Assembly (NCBI GenBank): GCA_050255815.1
Contig: JBLMVJ010000014.1
Coordinates: forward strand, 36,728-100,727
Reading direction: 5' to 3'
Source: Candidatus Levyibacteriota bacterium
GTDB lineage: Bacteria; Patescibacteriota; Microgenomatia; Levybacterales; GWA1-39-11
DNA: 64,000 nucleotides
Below the pieces are notes generated by a model. That model was not told where the DNA came from, made no database searches, and saw nothing but the letters and a program-made list of their open reading frames with translations. The first letter of the stretch is position 1; each line of letters begins with the position of its first letter. A program made the translations under genes and the position numbers. This document shows, one piece after another, positions 59,582 to 64,000 of the stretch.

Positions 59582-61393
59582 TTAGTTAAACAGCGTGTTA
59601 GGAATTTTCCTCAGTTTGGGTTCCTGGTTGTGCTTCATTTCCTTGAGGAAGGTGGATAAATCAGCACTTGCAGCACAAACCACCGTATCGGCACCGCCAT
59701 AGTAGACGTGAAGTTTATCATTCATTGCAACTGCGCCGCATGGATAGACAACGCCTGCCTTAAAACCGTCATTCTCATACTTTTCCACAGGTTCTACAAT
59801 AGGGGAGTTGGTCCGGTACAGGACCTTAGAAGGGTTTTCCAAATCCAGCAACATAGCCCCAATTTTATATTTGCCCGGGTCCTGGTAGCCTACTGACTGG
59901 TATACAAACAGCCATCCATCTTCAGTTTTAATAGGAGGTGCCCCGGCGCCAATCTTTTTGCTGTCCCAGAATTTCTTCCGGGGCGGAATAAAGTGATGTC
60001 CCTGTAGGTACGTATTTTCAAAGGAGAGGTCATCTACGTAATCAACCAGGATATTAGGGTAGATCCTGTGGAAGACAACATATTTGCCTTTAATTTTCTC
60101 CGGGAAGATAACTGCATTTTTATTCACCATGCCCGGTGCAGAGATGAGCTTTGGTTTTTCCCAGTTATCCCAGCGCTTGTTCAAAAAGTCGTCAACTGAA
60201 ATAGAGGTGAGCGCAACGCGCGGCGGATTTGCCCCGTCAAAGGCCACATAAGTCATATAGAATTTATCATCTACTTTTGTAATGCGCGGGTCTTCCACGC
60301 CCCCATAGCCTCCTCCGGACATGAAATGCTCTGCAATGCTTTTGAACGCGTTATTGCCGGGTGTCTCAAAAGGTTCACGCGGAATATATACAGGTTCAAT
60401 AGAGCGGTCATCTATATGGATCCCGTCAGAGCTGGTTGCATATCCCAACACGGAAAGGTCAGTGTCCCCCAAGGCACGGTACAGGAAGTGGACTTTTCCA
60501 TCTTCATAAACTGCTGCCGTGTTAAAAGTAGCCCGTGATTCCCACGGCCTGTGTTCTTGCGGAGAAATAATAGGATTGTTTTCAGCCTTTTTAAACATGG
60601 GCTGGAACACTTTATCTTTCAGTCCGGTTGTTATAGTAGGGATTTGGCAGGTAACCGTGTATAAACTTTCCTGTCCTATTACCCAGTAGAGGATGAGCTG
60701 GTCTTCTGAAACAACTGCGCCTAATGGTGCCACTTCTTCCCGGGAAAGTTCTTCCGGCTGTTCCCAGATAGGCTCGTCAGACCGCCAAACGTATTTCAAC
60801 GGATTTTCCCTGTCAAACAGCGCTGCGCCTACCGCATACCTATTATCCTTTTTCACATAGTAGGTGAGTAAAATGTGGTCACCAATTACCCATGCATTTC
60901 CGGTTTCCAGGTCTCCATTATCAAAAAAGTTCTGGCGTTTTTCCAGTACAGCCGTTTTTTCTGCTTTCCAGGTCAACAGGTCTGTTGATGTAGCAGCTTT
61001 TATAGCTTTTTCCCCATAATACATAACAAATGCATCATGAAACACATAGTCGGGTATTACTGCGGCGGTTTCTTTGATACCCCTCACTGTCCCGGTTTTT
61101 TCCCAAAGTGTTAAATTAGTGGATACTGCAGACTGCAGGGAGGTAGTGTTCTTTGTTTCTTTATAGGTTAAAAAGTATTGGTTCCCCAGCTTTGCCACCC
61201 TGAACCCTGACCAATTGTAGGATTTTTCGTCCCTTCCCTTATTGTCCATGAGAAAGACATGGTCATATTTGAGCGCATTCTGAAAGTCGGTAGAGGAGGT
61301 GACTGCTTTTAAGAAGAGGTATTTTCCTTCCGGTTGCAGATAGTATAAGAGAGAGTCGGCCCCTTTTTGGGTAGTTCCTATAAATTTAATCAT
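59582..61393 (-). CDS. GH130 protein with degenerate N-terminal propeller and intact C-terminal domain
   Basis: C-domain GVEDPRIT, NKNAVIFPEK, FHR, KKIGAGAPP, YYGGAD; N-domain lacks EDPR. Confidence 0.85.
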   Translation of the reverse strand: MIKFIGTTQKGADSLLYYLQPEGKYLFLKAVTSSTDFQNALKYDHVFLMDNKGRDEKSYNWSGFRVAKLGNQYFLTYKETKNTTSLQSAVSTNLTLWEKTGTVRGIKETAAVIPDYVFHDAFVMYYGEKAIKAATSTDLLTWKAEKTAVLEKRQNFFDNGDLETGNAWVIGDHILLTYYVKKDNRYAVGAALFDRENPLKYVWRSDEPIWEQPEELSREEVAPLGAVVSEDQLILYWVIGQESLYTVTCQIPTITTGLKDKVFQPMFKKAENNPIISPQEHRPWESRATFNTAAVYEDGKVHFLYRALGDTDLSVLGYATSSDGIHIDDRSIEPVYIPREPFETPGNNAFKSIAEHFMSGGGYGGVEDPRITKVDDKFYMTYVAFDGANPPRVALTSISVDDFLNKRWDNWEKPKLISAPGMVNKNAVIFPEKIKGKYVVFHRIYPNILVDYVDDLSFENTYLQGHHFIPPRKKFWDSKKIGAGAPPIKTEDGWLFVYQSVGYQDPGKYKIGAMLLDLENPSKVLYRTNSPIVEPVEKYENDGFKAGVVYPCGAVAMNDKLHVYYGGADTVVCAASADLSTFLKEMKHNQEPKLRKIPNTLFN

Positions 61394-61516
61394 GAGATAA
61401 ATTTTCAGGGCTTACGCCCATCACTTTTTTTCACTCGCGTTAAGCTCGCAGAATAACACCAACGAAAAATAGGAGATTTTCCTCCGTATATTTAGTCAAC
61501 AGCATTCCCTTACATT

Positions 61517-61536
61517 TGTCAATGATTGAAATCACA
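61517..61536 (-). promoter_or_regulatory. Crp-like box abutting TTGACA upstream of the GH130 genes
   Basis: Minus strand TGTGA-tttcaa-TCATT (61536-61521) overlapping TTGACA (61522-61517); weak -10. Confidence 0.45.
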
Positions 61537-61557
61537 AAGGTAACCCACAGGTTAGTC

Positions 61558-63204
61558 TCAGTAGCTGCTATAGATAGTAAAGACGTCTTTTTCAGAAAGT
61601 TGCGCACCTCCAATCTTTTTCATAACAGTATTAGCCAGTTGGACTATTTGTTTTGGCTCTGTTGCATACTGCAAAGTACCCAATAAAATGCGGTTATTTT
61701 TATAAAAATCCTTCCCATATACGCTGTCAATTTTTTGTTCTAACAGCCCCTGGTCTTTGGTGAAATAAATATCTGCCATATCTGTTTCCGGAATTGATTT
61801 GAGCATTTGTCTGATAATTTTTACCTGGATGGGATACCCCAGATTGGTGTTAAAATTCAGGCTGTTTTCTATAGCTTGTCTGGCAAAATATTCCGTGAGT
61901 CCTTCCTCAAAAAACGTGTCTGTCAGCCGTTTGTCAGGGATATAGCTGGCATAGTGTAAATATTCATGCACCATGTTCTCAAAATAATCGGCAATAGCAT
62001 GGGGGTTAGTATTGAGAAGTGAAAGCTCCAGCGTGTTTTTATCAGGAGCATAAAAGCCCATTTCATTTGCAATGTTGCCGGTCTGGGCAGTTACTACATT
62101 TTTCTGCGCTTTATAGAAAAGGGAGTAGGCCTGGGCTTCTTTAAGAAGCTGCCGGTCATCAGCCAATTTTTTATTGGCAGTATCTATACCTTTTTGTGCA
62201 TCAGAGACATCTGTTTCCCAGTCCATATAGATTCCTTTGCAGTAGGTATCCGTAAACTTTCTGACAAACTTTCCTTCCCGGAACTCCCCGGCAGAGTAGC
62301 ACTTTTTATATTCAGTTTCCCGCCCTTTATAGGTATCTTCCAGTTTTGATGACGCGGAAATGGTTGCCTCCTGGTCTGTTTTGAGTCCGGCGGAAAGGGT
62401 ACTGATAGATTCATCACTTTCTTTTATCTGGTCCAGAACCCTGTTGTATTTTATCTGTGCGTCTTGTGTCCTGAATGCTATGTATTGTTTTTGGGTCATG
62501 ATAGAAATGGTAGGGTAGTGCCTAATAGGGCGGTTGGAGAAATAATTTTTAACAAATAAATAACTGAGATAGGGGCTTACCGCCTGTATATCATGCTGGT
62601 TAATCTGGGTAAAAATAAGCGTATTGTCTAAGAGAAGCATGCTCGCAGCAGGCGTAGTAACGGGAAGGATATAAAAATTTGAAATAGAAGGCAGCAGATA
62701 TTTTCCGTAAAAGCTATCCGTACCGGTAATTGCTCTTGCTACGGCAAACACTATTTTAGTCTGGTCCCGGTCAGATGCAATAATTTCAAATGGTGTTGCG
62801 GCTTTTTTTACCGTCTTTACAATACTATTCCGGTCTGTAGTTACCCCTACCAGGCCGGGGTTCATGCTGACACTTGCAGAGATAAGGTTGAGTTCTATTA
62901 CAGCAATAATAAGTAGTGCTGCAAAAGAAAGAAAAAAAGCAACCAGCAAGAGCAGGGACCCATGCATGAGGGAAAATATGAATTTCCGGCGCAGAGGGTA
63001 ATGCTTCTCAATTTTATAGGACCGCACCAGATATAAGCAGGTAGCTAAAAATAATCCTGCCGCAATAAACGGGTGGGCGGCAATAAGAAAAAACAGGTTA
63101 AGTGCATAGAGGAAGAATGGGTGGGAAGTAGGGGACGGGATGTAGTTTAAAAAAAAGGCTATGGTTAAAAATAACGCGGTAAGGATAAAGAGGAGGAATT
63201 GCAT
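61558..63204 (-). CDS. Membrane-anchored protein with coiled coil and gluzincin-like HExxH domain
   Basis: Three N-terminal TMs, heptad-rich middle, HEYLH...EEGLTEY; TATAAT before ATG 63204. Confidence 0.7.
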   Translation of the reverse strand: MQFLLFILTALFLTIAFFLNYIPSPTSHPFFLYALNLFFLIAAHPFIAAGLFLATCLYLVRSYKIEKHYPLRRKFIFSLMHGSLLLLVAFFLSFAALLIIAVIELNLISASVSMNPGLVGVTTDRNSIVKTVKKAATPFEIIASDRDQTKIVFAVARAITGTDSFYGKYLLPSISNFYILPVTTPAASMLLLDNTLIFTQINQHDIQAVSPYLSYLFVKNYFSNRPIRHYPTISIMTQKQYIAFRTQDAQIKYNRVLDQIKESDESISTLSAGLKTDQEATISASSKLEDTYKGRETEYKKCYSAGEFREGKFVRKFTDTYCKGIYMDWETDVSDAQKGIDTANKKLADDRQLLKEAQAYSLFYKAQKNVVTAQTGNIANEMGFYAPDKNTLELSLLNTNPHAIADYFENMVHEYLHYASYIPDKRLTDTFFEEGLTEYFARQAIENSLNFNTNLGYPIQVKIIRQMLKSIPETDMADIYFTKDQGLLEQKIDSVYGKDFYKNNRILLGTLQYATEPKQIVQLANTVMKKIGGAQLSEKDVFTIYSSY

Positions 63205-63381
63205 TTCACCCTTATTATACTCAAATTCCACCATCTTGCAGCCGAAAAAATACCATGAATTTTAGCTGAAGAGAGTATGCAAATTGTATTGCATCTTATA
63301 TTAAATTTGCTCCTTGACTAGCCCTGTTTTTTTTGTTTATATAAGTAATAATTCTAAAGAGGGTATCCTCTTAATCTCTGT

Positions 63382-64000
63382 ATGAGACACAAACTGGCTT
63401 TATATTTTGATCAATTAATTACTCTTTTACTCCTTATAGTAGCCGGATTTACCCCTTTACTTTTCCTGGATAAAACAACTGAATTTTTTGAAATGCCAAA
63501 ATTGGCGTTTTTAGTGGTTGCAACGGTTTTGATCTTAGGCCTTTGGATTTTTTCCTGGATCTTAAAAGGGAAAGTGGTTATTACCAGGACTCCCCTGGAC
63601 TTTCCCCTGTTGTTCTTATTGGGCGTGGTGCTGGTTTCCACATACTTTAGCCCTACCAGGTTTCCTGCTATTTATGGCAACTTCCCGCGGGTCCACGGCT
63701 CTGCAATCTCCTGGGTAGCCTACATATTATTATATTTTGTCACCGTTTCCCAGCTAAAGACGGTCGCAAAGATCAGGACATTTTTATACGTATTATATGG
63801 TAGCGCAGTAGCGGTTGCCCTGGTTACCATCATGTCCTTCTTCCACGCATTCCTTCCCATGGATTATGCAAAAAGCGTAGGGTTTACCCCAACCGGTTCA
63901 TCCTTCTCAACCGCGGCATTTCTTTTACTGCTGTTGCCCCTGCCGCTTCTGTCATTAGTTAAGCCATACAAATATATGCCTGCTCCATTTGCACTAGCTA
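63382..64000 (+). CDS. Polytopic membrane protein (O-antigen-ligase-like N-terminus); runs off the window edge
   Basis: Manual translation MRHKLALYFD...PLLF...TEFFEMPK...RTPLDFP...FTPTGS; open to the end. Confidence 0.7.
   Translation, partial: MRHKLALYFDQLITLLLLIVAGFTPLLFLDKTTEFFEMPKLAFLVVATVLILGLWIFSWILKGKVVITRTPLDFPLLFLLGVVLVSTYFSPTRFPAIYGNFPRVHGSAISWVAYILLYFVTVSQLKTVAKIRTFLYVLYGSAVAVALVTIMSFFHAFLPMDYAKSVGFTPTGSSFSTAAFLLLLLPLPLLSLVKPYKYMPAPFALA

Noticed and set aside
63277-63294. ATGCAA-N6-TTGCAT palindrome as another Crp box
   Set aside because: Half-site differs from the others and it is not at -41.5 of a plausible promoter; may be chance or another regulator.
1851-63641. Many antisense or nested ORFs in the track (e.g. 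31696-32370, 54512-55144, 29634-30092)
   Set aside because: They shadow well-supported genes and have no motifs or start signals.

Overview
64 kb of a gene-dense bacterial chromosome. It is most likely Patescibacteria/CPR (Microgenomates-like); this is inferred from the short ValRS, the DUF4012, CvpA-CAP and PBP1A gene set, and many near-leaderless promoters. The left half (1-34.3 kb) is mostly core: valS, a Crp-family regulator, envelope genes, a P1B ATPase, rpmH-rnpA-yidC-jag, glycolysis/pentose-phosphate genes, comM and dnaG-rpoD. The right half is accessory: two sigma-region-4 proteins after rpoD, a tRNA-Asn locus with interleaved short direct repeats, GH125 and several GH130 glycosidases, a P3A-type H+-ATPase, a PUR-domain gene with a long leader, an ArsR-VOC-SRPBCC-DHFR operon and a full cyoABCDE operon. 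Most notable: (1) tandem sigma70 region 3.2-4 proteins whose region 2 is replaced by a shared unknown domain; (2) a bo3 oxidase that appears to lack both key K-channel residues; (3) integrase-free cassette-like insertions at tRNA-Asn; (4) a Crp regulon with boxes at -41.5; (5) a two-domain GH130 that may fuse a hydrolase and a phosphorylase. No CRISPR array, rRNA, integrase or transposase was seen. Family calls come from motif recognition by eye, not database searches.
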